From the NCBI RefSeq assembly GCF_001194135.2, contig NC_068981.1:145280669-145326811 (forward strand): 46,143 nucleotides of DNA. Reading direction: 5' to 3'. This DNA is from Octopus bimaculoides (lineage: Eukaryota). A model generated the notes under the pieces. It saw nothing but the letters and a program-made list of their open reading frames with translations, searched no databases and was not told where the DNA came from. Of this stretch, positions 1 to 13,829 are shown one piece after another. Positions within the stretch are counted from its first letter, which is position 1. The number at the start of each line of letters is the position of its first letter. The translations under genes were made by a program, and so were the position numbers.

Positions 1-10
1 TATATATATA

Positions 11-170
11 GCCGTAGGAGTGGCTGTGAGGTAAGTAGCTTGCTTACGAACAGCATGGTTCCAGGTTCAGTCCCACTGCGTGGCACCTTGGGCAAGTGTC
101 TTCTACTATCGTCTCGGGCCGACCAAATCCTTGTGAGTGGATTTGGTAGACAGAAACTGAAAGAAGCCCG

Positions 171-207
<37 letters not shown>

Positions 208-438
208 ATGTTTGTGTGTCTGTGTTTGTCCCCCAGCATCGCTTGACAACCGATGGTGTGTTTAGCGTCCACCGATTATGTGGTTACGTCCACCGATGGT
301 GTGTTTAGCGGTTCAGCATAAGAGACGGATAGAATAAGTACTAGGCTTACAAAGTCCTGGGGTCAATTTGCTCGACTAAAGGCGGTGCTCCAGCATGATC
401 AGTCAAATGACTGAAACAAGTAAAAGAGTAAAAGAGTA
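11..438 (+). mobile_element. tRNA-derived SINE, family 1 (CORE-like), full length with internal (TG)n
   Basis: A-box-like TGGCTGTGAGGTAAG, B-box-like GGTTCAGTCCC, CORE-like ccttgggcaagtgtcttctactat, (TG)n, and a tail ending gactgaaacaagtaaaagagtaaaagagta. Homologous copies at 32778 and 39165. Confidence 0.88.
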
Positions 439-684
439 TATATATATATATATATTTTAAAATAGGATAAAATCTTGATAAGAATTTATCAAGTAGTCAG
501 CGTGAAAAACTTCATACGGGAAAAATAAAGAATAAAAGAATATAGAAAAATATATATATATAAATATATATTTATATATAAATATAAATATATATACANN
601 NNNNNNNNNNNNNNNNNNNNNNNNNNNNNNNTGTATGTTTGTATGCGTGTGTATGTGTAATTTCAGAAATATATATATTTATAG

Positions 685-722
<38 letters not shown>

Positions 723-1271
723 TTAAACCGACAAACACTAAACAGATATTTGTTTTAGAATCAATATTTGAAATCTAAGTTGAAAAGCTAATATGTATAT
801 AGTTTCTCTGTATGTATGAATTCGTAAAGAGTATCCGTATTCATATTTATATAGCTGTATGTATTGGTTTTCTATGTGTCTATACATACACTTTTTAGTA
901 TATTTGTTGGAAGGTGTAGATTTTTGTTCAACGTTTCTTTAAAACTTACTGCGGGAATTATTTTTCATCTGATTCGTACTTTTCTCATGAAGAAAATTAC
1001 ATTTTAAGTATTATTAATGTATAAATACAAAAAAAATGAAAGCTTCAACTATAAAATTAATCTTACAAAGAACATAACTGTTATTTCCTACTCAGTGTCA
1101 ACGTTTCACCATTTCTCTAAATATAAGCTGAGGCAGCTAAGTGTATATATTGTGTGTCCATTCTTGAAAATAGCTAGCATCATTCCTTTTTCAGCTCATT
1201 TGTTTTCATTTATTTGTATAAATCGTTGAACTTCAGCCATGTTGATGCTCTTCATTTTATGATTTTAAACG

Positions 1272-1305
1272 ATAGATAGATTGACAGACAGACAGACAGA
1301 CAGAC

Positions 1306-1373
<68 letters not shown>
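1272..1373. repeat. (GATA)n/(GACA)n microsatellite
   Basis: Directly visible tetranucleotide array. Confidence 0.97.
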
Positions 1374-1374
<1 letters not shown>

Positions 1375-1757
1375 TCGAAAATATCGATGGTGTCGAGTTC
1401 TATTCTGACTGATGCCGAGTGGTAAAGTTGACCTCGCCCCAAAGGAAACACCGATTTCGTTTGACCATCCCGCGATGTTATACAAAAATACACATTCGCC
1501 GGCTATAGCACTTGCGAACTTCTGCCCCTTCTCGCAAGATGGAAATGCAGCTCAAAGGTCACCGTTTTAACATCGTTGTCGAAATCCAGAGCGAATCGCA
1601 GGTCCTCGACTCGCTTCTAGAAAATGATTTCTATGTTGGATTCCAGGAGTGGCAGGAACGCTGGGACCGGTATATTGCTGCGCAAGGTGACTATTTCGAA
1701 GGAGACGGTGTTAAAACTTAGGTATATAAGCTGGACACTTTCTGATACCACCTCGTA
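1371..1757 (+). mobile_element. Internally deleted mariner transposon remnant (transposase C-terminus and right TIR)
   Basis: Translation LKGHRFNIVVEIQSESQVLDSLLENDFYVGFQEWQERWDRYIAAQGDYFEGD matches the mariner C-terminus. It is followed by ggacactttctgataccacctcg-TA, the reverse complement of a TACGAGGTGGTATCA-type TIR with TA target site. Confidence 0.82.
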
Positions 1758-2204
1758 CATATGCTGCATGGCCAATTAGTTAACAAGTTTGCTTCGTAAT
1801 CAGATCTCACGTTTCAGCTCTCCGTGGAGCTTCTTGAGTAAACGTCTTCTTAAATAACCCCGGTCCACTCAAACCTTGTAAGAGAATTTCGCTAAACGAA
1901 AACTCTACAGTAGATTGCTATATGGATTGTAGTTGTAACTCAAAGTTACAACCTTGAGACACACTGTATCACTCACACACACCCACGGAGATGTTGCCGT
2001 CTCAGTGCGTTGATGATGTCTGCGCATCATCAACCACGGCATGCCCAGCCCTCTTTTTAACGGTTGTTGGCAGCAAACGGATCACCTGACCATCGGAATG
2101 CATCCTTTCCACAAGAATCGGAAGAGAATTCGTTCTAGTTTGGTGATGGTAGGGTCGGGACAATGCACGACGGTCAGGCGGTAGTAGAAGACGGACTCGA
2201 TATA

Positions 2205-2486
2205 AGTTAGATAGATAACTTTCTTTTATTAGCCACACAGGGCTGTACACAGAGGGGACAAATACAACTGTAGAGCTTTTCTTTAAAAAATAAAAAATTA
2301 AATTAAATTAAAATTAAAATAAAAAAATTAAAAAATTAAAAAATAAAATTTAAAAGATACCAAATCCGATCAAAAGGGATCGGTAGGGGCAAACAAAAAA
2401 AAAGGGGGTATCGTATATCACAGAAAATGTCAATTGTGTAAAATGGGGTAACATTAGGTTTATCCATGGAGAGAAAAGCCTACGGA

Positions 2487-2490
<4 letters not shown>
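2205..2490 (-). mobile_element. Probable non-LTR retroelement 3' end
   Basis: On the minus strand, a pyrimidine-rich UTR-like stretch ends in ttgtatttgtcccctctgtgtacagccctgtgtggctAATAAAagaaag followed by a short tatc tail. No coding sequence seen. Confidence 0.4.

Positions 2491-2542
<52 letters not shown>
2489..2542. repeat. (GATA)n microsatellite
   Basis: Directly visible. Confidence 0.97.
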
Positions 2543-2543
<1 letters not shown>

Positions 2544-3109
2544 ATCGTATTCATTCGGAGTTAAATTTTCACTTCATCGCTACTCAGTGTTCTTCCCCAG
2601 ATGAAATTCTTCGCACTTACAAAAGAAAATTAATAATAGTTCATACATACATATATATTAATGTGTGTGTGTTGATATAAACAACGGGCTTGCACACAGT
2701 TTCGCCAAGTTTCATTCACGGGTCTTCTTCGACTTGATGCCTTGAAATAAAAACAATGATCCAAGTGCCGTATAATACTATGTGACTGCGGAGAGAACTT
2801 CTTAACCATCCGATCATATTAAGTGTATAAATATAATTCGATTTAGCATCTTTAAATTTGAAAACTGAGAGGTTTAGATGCTCAGTACTAAACTTAGGAG
2901 TTATCGGTAGTTTATATTATTGAGTTGGTTGAATATTTTTTGTTCGTAGTACAGCTGGCATGAGTTCGTGAATTTTTAATTCTTTATTTTGATTTATCAT
3001 TTTATCGGCAATAAAATTTACATTATTTTACTCTATGTTCACATTTATCATATGTATATTAGAAGCGTGTGTGTGTATGTATGTGTTGATTTTTGTTCGG
3101 ATTACTCTT

Positions 3110-3173
3110 ACCACTGTTGTTGTTTTTTGTTACTACTACTGTTGTTGATGATGGTGGTAGTGGCTGTGGCAGC

Positions 3174-3231
<58 letters not shown>
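3110..3231. repeat. Compound trinucleotide repeat (GTT/GAT/GGT)/(GTA)n
   Basis: Directly visible; it explains the poly-Val ORF. Confidence 0.95.
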
Positions 3232-3232
<1 letters not shown>

Positions 3233-3429
3233 AGTATCTGTTTGAATGTAATTTTGTCTTATTGAGCAAACCTAAGATGTTGACATCGATTGAATTTTTA
3301 GCAGTAAAACCTTAATTGTCCTCACACCAAATATAAAAATTATGTAAAAATATAATCTTAGGCGATTTTAATCCACAAAGATTATCACAGTAGATTATCA
3401 CAAAGATTATCACAGTATTTGTCCCTGTG

Positions 3430-3770
3430 TAGTCGCTTCATTGGGTTGTTACAGTGTTAGTCACGCGATAATAAGGTCGTGGTTTGGATTCCGGATCGAG
3501 CAGTACGTTGTGTACTTTGGCGATTCGCTCTGCAGCGTTGATTTAATCAACTCAGCTGAAATGAATACCAATCGAGTGCTGGTGCAGCACTCTGTCCCCA
3601 AAGTTGTCATATCGTGGTTGTTCTCAGGGTCAAGATTGGTAGGGCCGAGAGGACGTCTATGTCGGTTCGCGACTCCATAGGCATCTAAAACAATTAGTGA
3701 AAGGAAGGTACATGCTACGAAGACATACTCGCAAGTGCATGAAATATTACAGCTTGACTGAACGAATTGA
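3430..3770 (+). mobile_element. Old degenerate tRNA-derived SINE
   Basis: Degraded head (gtcgtggtttggattccggatcg) followed by ttgtgtactttgg...aactcagctgaaatgaatacc, related to the bodies at 13473 and 14236. Confidence 0.55.
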
Positions 3771-4184
3771 AGGGTTTTTCTATATCCTAATTTATTAGCC
3801 CGTTTTCTACCGCAAATGTTACATACATATATTTCAAAACTGTAAGTTATTTCCTCTTGTCCCTACAACCATTAATGTTAATTCCCGTGGTATTAATTAC
3901 TGCTACTTCTTGTGGTGTTCTCTTACCTTATTGACACATTGATATGTTTTTAACAGTATTGGTGTTGTTCTTCTTCTTGTTTTGCCTAGATTGAACAAAC
4001 TTATGTTCAAATGCGTTCCTGCTATGTTCATATCGTCCTTTTAGCAGTGTCTGAGACTACACACATTGTCTGCTACTTCTATGTTCAGTGATCACCAACA
4101 GTCTTAGATATCCCTCAAACAAATCAACTGATGAGTCTTTAAACGGTTCTCCACCTGCAAAACTAGTATAGCGAGTGGTTGCTG

Positions 4185-4216
4185 TTGTCATCGTCGTCGT
4201 CGTCGTGATCGTTGTG

Positions 4217-4276
<60 letters not shown>

Positions 4277-4277
4277 A
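4185..4277. repeat. (TCG)/(TTG)n trinucleotide repeat, possibly a retroposon tail
   Basis: Directly visible; it explains the poly-Thr ORF. Confidence 0.93.
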
Positions 4278-5529
4278 AGTGCATGACAAGGTATAGTAGC
4301 AAAATGTGTTCCACTCACGTTTTTTTTTTTCGGTAAATTTATCTAAGAAATTATAGAATGTATCTTGCCTTAAGTTACTAAAGTATTAATTAAGGGAAGC
4401 TCGCTACTATATCTTTCAGATCGAGTAACGACAAAAAGGCCCCCTTCTTTGGCTAGAAGTATGGCTGATTTTTCCACTTCAAATTCTCAGAGGCAATAAA
4501 GAGGATATAACAAATCATCTATGCACTTTAATAAACACTCAAGGAAAATATGGGTATTAAGAAATTATTTAATATGCAATTTGTTAGATTCAATTTTCCT
4601 TGTTACATTGAAATGTTTCAATTATAACACTCCCATTTGCAGAGTAATGGGGAAAATATGGATCCTTGGAATGACTTAATATTCAATTAGAGAATTCAAC
4701 ATATTCCCATAGATCATATTTATTACGATGACTAAAACAACAATTATACACAATAACTCACTAATTAATTTTAATGTGTTAATCTGAGAATATAATCAAA
4801 ATAATGCGCATTTATCTCACAACCGAGATTGTATAGTGAACTCGGTTTTTAACCTCGTTTAACACCACCACATTGTATGCAGGTGCCTTTAATGGAACGC
4901 ACTCTGTTGCAAGCATTCGGGTCAGGTTTCCCATCGGAAATAAATTTCTCCCTTCCTACCATGGAATCCACGTAAAAGGACCATACCCGCTGTCTTTCCT
5001 CCTTTGACTAAACCATGCGAAAAATCCAGTTTTTAGGTTTTCTTCCCAAACTTCTGATTATCCAGAATTCTACAATCAATGAAACAGCCTCTAAGCTGCC
5101 TGATAGAAATTAACAGTCAAATCTCACTCATGCCATGCCCTACAGCCTTAAAAAATGATGACACATTACATTCCGACAGTCCAGTTATAAAGTGGACGGC
5201 CTTACGAAGACTACATTTGGTCATAAACTTGCTCGATCAAGGCTGATCTGCGGTTATATGATACAAGTATAAACGACCATTTAGGTTTAACAAATCTGCT
5301 ACTATATTTACATTTCATGAGAAATATTCGATGAGTCAAACATGTCATCAGTTGTTAGTGATTTCAGAGCAAGTTAAAAACATTTGCTTGGAAAATTCCC
5401 AAATTGAAAACAAAAAAACATTTCAAATTGAGGTACTTCCTCCTGAAAGAGAGGGTTAAGAAGAAATCAGGAGTCTTTGAAATGTTAACATTGACGCATG
5501 CAAGAAATTAGGGAGAAGCAATCTAGATG

Positions 5530-5650
5530 GTAATTAAATCTACCGCTATATTTACCTGGTACTTATTTTATCGACGCTAAAGAGGTGAAAAGAAAAATTG
5601 ATCATGATGGAATTTGAACTCAGAACATAAAGAGATGTGACTAAACACTC
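5530..5650 (-). mobile_element. SINE family 2, degenerate
   Basis: ctggtacttattttatcgac...ggaatttgaactcagaacataaagag is the reverse complement of the family 2 body. Confidence 0.7.
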
Positions 5651-8394
5651 TGTACCGCTTGCTTTTCCTTTCAGTCGAAGAACAACTATTACGAAAATAC
5701 GAATATAAATTAATTTGAGATATATCTAAGAGTAGGAAGTTCTATATAGCTGAACATTTTGAATATGATAATAATTGAATGTTGGAAACCGTTAAATAAT
5801 TAAAATTGATAGATCATCCTATGGACCAATGACCGACATTCCGAATGAAAGATATGAATTATAGACGTTCCAAATGATAAGATTTATTGATAATTAGCCA
5901 TATTTTTTTTTTAATATAGAGCTATCTGTCTATAAATATGTGTGAACACCGATATCACTTGGATATATCAAATAATCTACTTGTAAAGCCTCAGTAGTCA
6001 CAGTGTAATGTGTGAACATTCTTAGAGCTTATCATATAGGAACATCTAACCCCAAGCGAATAAATTACAATATAAACATTCAAAGGAAGGCAGAAAAGAA
6101 ATTATCTTTGAATCCGTACTAGTAAACAAGGAAATTGTGCAAATGCAAATAATGGTGTGAGTGTGTAAATATTACTAAAAAATACAACAGAACTAACTGA
6201 CTTTTGCGCAAAGACCTTCCTGAAAACGGAAATTATTTTCCAGGAATAGTCTCTTGTTTTAGCGATGAGAGAGAATGTTCATCAATCTTGAGAGAAGCAA
6301 ATTGTTTTACTTTTGGTTATAGAATTCAATATGAAAACAGTTATTGAAATTGTTAATTTTGGTCAAATTGCTCCTTATAGAATTGACAATTGGCAATTCT
6401 TAAGTTGTTTGTAACATGAAGCTTTTCGTTTATTACGACCACGTTTCTGACTGAATTTGCAAATCGTCTTGGTTTAAGAACTTAAGGAAGTCGATGCTGA
6501 ATTCAAGGAAGAATAAAATATGCTCCATAATAATACTATCTCTTAAAATAAATCAAGGAGGAATATGCGACTCCGGGAAATGTATAATCACCAATAAACG
6601 GGATAATGCATATAAAAATATTAATAAAAGCAGAAAAACTAGCTGATATGAAAGTACAGAATCAAAATGAACAATTACACCCAAAATGATGTGAATATTA
6701 TAGTGCATAAAATGCAAAACTAAGCCGACATCACGCTCTGCCAGATAAACTTTCAATTCATTAAAAGAAAGGAATAATTTCACCGATGCAATTTATAAAT
6801 TTTTTAGTCAAAATCAATAGACAAGAACATCAGAAGTTTATATCAGTAAATTGAAAAGGCAATCTAAATTCGAATATGCTGTTAATGGAGACAAAAAATA
6901 TAGCATTGATATGCTGAATATAGTCTGCTTAAAAGCTACTTAGAAAGTATAAGGTGTTTTGTCAATTCATAATGTGCAATTTGAAAATAAAAATGCTTTG
7001 TAAGCATTAAGGATCTGCTGTTGGCTTACTACTTGAAGGTTGTGTCTTCTTATAAGTTGTGGATAAATTAAGTAAGCTTACCTTATCTATTTTGAAGATA
7101 TAGCTTGGCATTGCAGACACGGGAGGTGAAGTATAATGGTGCAGTAGATAAACGAACAGTCACGATTCACCGAGATTTTTCTGCTAGCCTTCAGTACTTA
7201 AGCATGTATAGCAATATATTCTTACAAATTTCAATGGGATGTTTTTGTTTTTTTCGATAATGGGTTTTATTATAAGTAACTCTTTTTAGGAATCGTATGT
7301 GGTTGCTCGGCTTTCTATAAATAGCAAACATTTCTCCCTCAAATTATACAACTTTCTATATTTAAAACGGAAGGATACACTGCATCAGACGCACAGAAAG
7401 ATGAAAGAACCACTGCTGGAATGGCTTTCAACATATATCTGTTCGACTAACAATAACCTGGGGCTAAATCAACAAAAGCAGCTAAATTTCCCTCAAAAAA
7501 CACTCTGCTGTCTTAAAAACGAACACTGTAAATACAAGACGGTCACGGTCAGAACAGCTTTAATCATAGTTGTGCTTGGTCAGTATTTGCTTGAGGATAA
7601 TAATCATCAATAACAACAGCTGTCACTATCATACTGAAAACACACCCTGCCACTGTAAAAGGGTAGGACACTAAATCTAACAGAAAGGATGTGTTAATTA
7701 CAGTTGGATTGGCTTTAGTCTGGGTGCTAAACAACAACAAGAACGCGTGCTTAACTAATAAAGAATTATTTCTTTATCGCTGTATCTCATTTACTGTATC
7801 GTGCTTAAATGTTACAACCAGAAACGTTATTTTGATGCAAACACACATTCATTGAAAAAAAATTTCTTTGCTTTTTCAATTTATAAAATGCTCAAACCAA
7901 AAACTACTTTATAAAAGAAAACAATGACATTCATTAATCCATTTTCCTGATTTGTGTTAGCGAACTTTCTAATTTATCGATTATTGATACTTTGATACAA
8001 TGAAGGATTATGCAATGAAGGAAGCAATAGTGTCTTTGGAGGCTATTAACCTCTACCCACCTGTTCGTTAATCATGTTAATGGATATAGTAAGGAAACAT
8101 AAGCGTGTGTAGAAATCATTTCAACTGTTAAAACAAACTAATTGTTGTGCTAATCTGTAATTTTTTTTTTCTTACTAATCTTCGAATGTTAATGGATAAT
8201 AAAATTGTACATTACAAGGGGGAATTTTAAAAACGGAAGAGAACGAGGGCGGTGAAGAGAGAGAGAGAAACGGGTTTGAAAATTAATGAAAGATGAAAGA
8301 ATTTATGTATTGTTTACTAAGAGGAGTGGACAGTCATTTTACAACATTTATGATTGATTTTCTGTGTTGAATGAGTTAATTTCTTTTATATATA

Positions 8395-8714
8395 NNNNNN
8401 NNNNNNNNNNNNNNNNNNNNNNNNNNNNNNNNNNNNNNNNNNNNNNNNNNNNNNNNNNNNNNNNNNNNNNNNNNNNNNNNNNNNNNNNNNNNNNNNNNNN
8501 NNNNNNNNNNNNNNNNNNNNNNNNNNNNNNNNNNNNNNNNNNNNNNNNNNNNNNNNNNNNNNNNNNNNNNNNNNNNNNNNNNNNNNNNNNNNNNNNNNNN
8601 NNNNNNNNNNNNNNNNNNNNNNNNNNNNNNNNNNNNNNNNNNNNNNNNNNNNNNNNNNNNNNNNNNNNNNNNNNNNNNNNNNNNNNNNNNNNNNNNNNNN
8701 NNNNNNNNNNNNNN
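8395..8714. other. Assembly gap (others at 599-631, 14090-14138, 19242-19412, 26791-27315, 28283-28624, 31143-31350)
   Basis: Runs of N, mostly flanked by microsatellites. Confidence 0.99.
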
Positions 8715-9472
8715 TATATATATATATATATATATATCTTCCTGTATATTAGAAAGACGCAACTACCAATTAGTGATTCCCCTGCTGTCTTTAACGACAT
8801 CAGAAACATGTTCGAAGAAATCGGATTTAATTATACGCTATAGGAGAAAACCTTCAAACAAAATCTGCTGCAGACAATATTCAATGTCTTAAGTATCTAA
8901 CTGCAGTGGAATGATATATGTCATTGCTGTAAACTTCAAGGATATTTATAAAAACAGAATGTTTTACTGGTTACCAGTGTGAACTTAAACGTTTTTTCAT
9001 GTGGAAAAAATATAATATGGGAAACAGAGCATGAATAAAGAATGCGGTACATTAGGCAGCCAATGTTGCAGAACAATATTTAAGTTATGTATGTTAGTGT
9101 AGAAGTTAAGCTGCTCGGAGAGATGATTCTTTTTTCTGATTTAAACTGCATGTTGCAGCAGTATAATATTTTAATACTTAATCCGACGAGTTTTTGTAAT
9201 TCTCATAGTATATATGTACCTTCTGAGACTGGTGAGATTGATGCAATTGGTGTTTAACATAAACTTCCGTGGGTTTTCGTATGCAGAGGAAGATGAAGAA
9301 AAGTGAGGAGGTTACACAAGGTTGCAAATCCGTGAAGAAAGAACTAGTTGAATTATTTACAAAAAGAACGGGTCAAAGAAGAAACATTCTACGAATAACA
9401 AATACTAAAGCTCTCCACTCAGTCTCTTCTACAATAATCTAAAGGTTCCTCAATCAGTATGGCGAATATATA

Positions 9473-9473
<1 letters not shown>

Positions 9474-9522
<49 letters not shown>
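9474..9522. repeat. (TG)n microsatellite
   Basis: Directly visible. Confidence 0.97.
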
Positions 9523-9523
<1 letters not shown>

Positions 9524-10290
9524 TGTGTGAATCTGTACATATGCGTATATGTGCATATACATAGACATCTGTACTTGTACGTGTGGATATACATTTATAG
9601 TTCTATGTGTATACATCTACATTTATTATCCTTATGCATTCATTTAGATTTATAAGTAATGATATGCAATTGTATGTATTTATTTATCTACACTCATATA
9701 ATATAATATAACTACGGTAGAAACAGATTAGAAAATCCTAATAAATATTTATAACACAGTCTTCTCAATCCAAACCATCCCAAAATAACAAATTAAAAAA
9801 TTCTTAATAGAAAGTTAATGATACCAACACCAAATTTAGTTTCTGTCTGACTTATGTTATATGACCAACTCTAAAATACGACAAAGCTAATGAAAGCTGC
9901 TCAAAATTAAGAATGTAGTGAGCTGCATATGACAAATTTGTTTACAGCAATACTGCTATGCCTTCACACATCAGCGCAAAACAAATCTCTTCACCATATC
10001 CTTCTATCAACCTACACCTTGAAAACACATGCTTTCTTCCTATTATCCTTATTAGCCACTTCCAACAAACTGCTATAGACAAACCTGGAAGACAATGTAA
10101 ACCGCTGCCTTATAAAAGTTATTAAATATGTGCTCTACTAAAAAGGATTGAGCAATCTTTCAATTTGATATTAAATTGATTTTATATATAACCTGACATA
10201 AAAATATCGATAGATAGATGGATACACACACATATATACGCATCTAATTCTGACCAACAACTATGAAATTTTTTTAAAGTTGATAATATA

Positions 10291-10514
10291 CTTTTCTACT
10301 CTAGGCACAAGCCCCGACATTTTTGGAGAGTGGGGAGCCAGTCGATTAGATCGAGCCCAGTACGCAACTGGTACTTAACTTATCGACTCCGAAAGGATGA
10401 AAGGCAAAGTCGATCTCGAAGAAATTTGAACTCAGAACGTAAAGACAGACGAAATGCCGCTAAGCATTTCGCCCGGTGTGCTAACGTTTCTGCCAACTCG
10501 CTGTCTTAAAAAAT
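10291..10514 (-). mobile_element. SINE family 2, full length, with TSD
   Basis: Reverse complement of the family 2 consensus, flanked by the direct repeat ttgataatata at 10280-10290 and 10515-10525. Confidence 0.9.
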
Positions 10515-12429
10515 TTGATAATATAGAAGCCAAAAATCTTGTCTAGAAACTTGACATGATAGAGTAGTGGATCTTCTTATATTCAAAATAGTTTTTATTG
10601 CTAAGAGGGATCATAAACGTAACTTTATGAAGAATCCTACAGCTACAGTCATCAATCTCACAGAAATTGAACTGTGTATTAGATAAAATCATCAATAGTA
10701 TTCAGAAATGTCTAAGATTAACACTTCTTAAGAGTTATTTTTAGTTTGGTTTACACACAGTTGAGTGAAAGAAGAATACACATTTACCTAATTTGTTTTA
10801 TAGTTGACTCTTATCAATTCACAACTAAACTTCAATTGTTGAGGATCCCAAATTTGGCAAAACTATGGATGACCCTTATAATGACATACCATTAATAACA
10901 GCTACTAGAGAATTGATGCATTTCGTTCATAACTCTGTTTGAATGAAAAAGCATAGTACATATCTCTAAGATATAAGTATGAGAGCCAGAGATTTTGTAG
11001 ATCAAACCTTATAGGCAAATATATTTTTTAGACGTAATTCACATTAAACTCTACGCTATTGACAGATTTTATAAAGACGATTGTCTGTTAATCTCTAGAA
11101 ATGTAAATGGATAGCAAGCAGATAAACTCAGCAAGATGTTCATTATTTCCAAAGCTTCAACTTAATTTACAGTAAATATAACCACAATATAGTCAATTTC
11201 TCTGCTATAACGTTCAAATTTATTAATAGAATAAACTTAAGTGATTCAATAAACTTAATGCTTCGATACTATGTACAAACAAGAATTCAAACCATACGTC
11301 ATGTATTCCACATCTACCGAGCAACCGCAGCGAGTTATGACGAAGAATCTTATAATAAAGAAACGAATATTTTCAAAACTTCATTGGTTTCTTTGGTTTG
11401 AAGAAACATTAAAACATAATAGTTACAAACTAAGAAAAATAATTGAAACGAAAAACTAGTAGTATAATTCACTATTCATGATAAATTAGTCGTAATTTTC
11501 CTCTATCTTGTAGGAGCCTATTCTTCCGCAACCGAAAATATGTACTTGGAAGTCTAACACAAATTCGCTTAAGATATGCTATTCGAAATTTACGATCTTT
11601 GCGAATTTTATAACAACCTTAATAAACATGAATAAAATAAATTTAAAAGTATAGAACACAAACAGCACTCCACGAAAATATAATTGTTACTTTCAAATTG
11701 TATGGTTCGTCAATGGAAACTACTGGAGAAATCAGTTACTTATGCTTCGAATATTGACCAAAATGTCTTATATGGACAAAAACGATATTAATTATGTATG
11801 CAAACCAATTTAAGGACTAGTTTAATTTACATAGTTATGCTTTTAGAATGTTACAAAGAAAATTAGATATAAACCTAGCAAATTTTTTTAAGACTAATAA
11901 ATTAAACCATAATATTCTATGACAACTTATTAATAGAGCATCGAGTTATAAGCAATGAAATGATTTCTGTAGCTTCTGTACTCATGAAAAGTTATTGACT
12001 CTGAGGCATGAAGGGAAAATATTAGTTAGATATACAAAATTAATCTCTTCGTCCTTTCGGATGTCGAGGGAGCAACTTGAAAAAAAACTCACCATCTCAA
12101 TCGAGATAACATGAAATACTAATGCAGTAAACAGTCTCTTTTCATAGCATTTTCGGTATGAGAATAACCTCATTTCTTTATTCTGCTAATAAATAACTGC
12201 AAGTAAGTCTTAAGGGGAAATGAACTCCCAATAGGACAAAAGTTTCATTTCCATTTGCATTTTTACTATATTTTCTTTTTGCCTTGAGATTTTTCTTTTT
12301 ATGATTAATAAAGTCTTAGAGTTACCTCCTTCATAAATAGCTATACTTAGCAACCATGTGATCCAACAGCAAGAAGATGTAGACTTATAGAGATATGCCT
12401 ATCTATAAGAAAGAGTAAGACACGCATAT

Positions 12430-12977
12430 ACATAAGCACCTACATACACATGCGCACGCACGTACACACGCACACACACACACATACAAACACGCACACA
12501 CACATACAAACACGCACGCACACAAACATACAACCACACACACATACATGCAACCACACACACATACATGCAACCGCACACACATACGACCGCACACACA
12601 CACATACGACCACACACACACGTACAAAACATCCACACACACATACAACTACACACGCACAGATAACCACACACACACATAAAACCACACGCACACAAAC
12701 ATACAAATACACACACATATATATACATACAACCACACACACATACATACAACCACACGCACACACATACAACCACACATACACACACACACAACTACAC
12801 ACATAATAAGAACACACACACGCACATACAACCACACACACTCGCATACAACCACGCGTACACATACAACCATACACACACATACATACAACCACACACA
12901 CATACAACCACATACAGATAAATTGTTGTAGATGAATTGTAGACGAAATATTGTAGACGAATTGTTGTAGACAAATT
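12430..12977. repeat. Degenerate CA-rich micro/minisatellite (cacacacatacaacc-like units) followed by 4 aattgttgtagac-like units
   Basis: Directly visible; it produces the stack of His/Thr and Cys/Val ORFs. Confidence 0.92.
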
Positions 12978-13427
12978 CACTTAGAATCATACATACGTTC
13001 ATATATTATGTGTCACTGTATTACAGCATGTGCAAGCGTGTGTGTGTTCGCGCGCACGCATGTGTACATATGTATAATCACATACGATGTAAATTTGCAT
13101 AAATAAATACTTAATATCGACAAATACACGAATACAGTTAATGGTATAAAAGAGTAACTTGACACATAAACAGACATATATATATATTTACACACAATGA
13201 CGTAAATGAGTACCCATAGAAACGAATATACAAGCTAAGTAATAACACAAATATAGCAGATAATGGGACAAATTTCATACAATTCAAAAACAGTCAAGAA
13301 ACTATTTTCATTTTTATTTTCAAAGAAACAACATTAAACATGAATTACGACGCATTACATGAAGGAACAAACATTGGTTTGATAACAGCACTAACATAAT
13401 GAATGATAGTACAGCTCGTAGTTAGTG

Positions 13428-13472
<45 letters not shown>

Positions 13473-13475
<3 letters not shown>

Positions 13476-13791
13476 GGCACCTGGTTTAGTGGTTAGGGTA
13501 TTCGGTTCACGATCATAAGGTCGTGAGTTCAATTCCCAGCGACCTGTTGTGTCCTTGAGCAAGACACATTTTTTTCACGTTGCTCCAGTCTACACAGCTA
13601 GCAAAAATGGGTTATATCTGTATTTCAAAGAGCCAGTCTTGTCAGTCTGTGTCACCCTGAATCTCTCTGAGAACTACGTTAAGAGTACACGTGTCCGTAG
13701 AGTGCTCAGTCACATGCACGTTAATTTCACGAGCAGGCTGTTCCATTGATCGGATCAACTGGAACCCTCGTTGTCGTAAGCGATGGAGTGC

Positions 13792-13795
<4 letters not shown>
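13473..13795 (+). mobile_element. tRNA-derived SINE with tail type T (CORE-like body)
   Basis: Head gaaggcacctggtttagtggttagg...gtgagttcaattccc, body tgtgtccttgagcaagacac...gttgctccagtc, tail gagaactacgttaagagtacacg...gatggagtgccaac. Confidence 0.88.

Positions 13796-13829
<34 letters not shown>

Noticed and set aside
4130-4175. CTGATGAG as a hammerhead core
   Set aside because: No stem II followed by GAAA and no cleavage triplet can be built downstream.
9750-11200. Possible ancient LINE ORF2 relic
   Set aside because: Composition is suggestive, but I could not read any ordered RT or endonuclease motifs.
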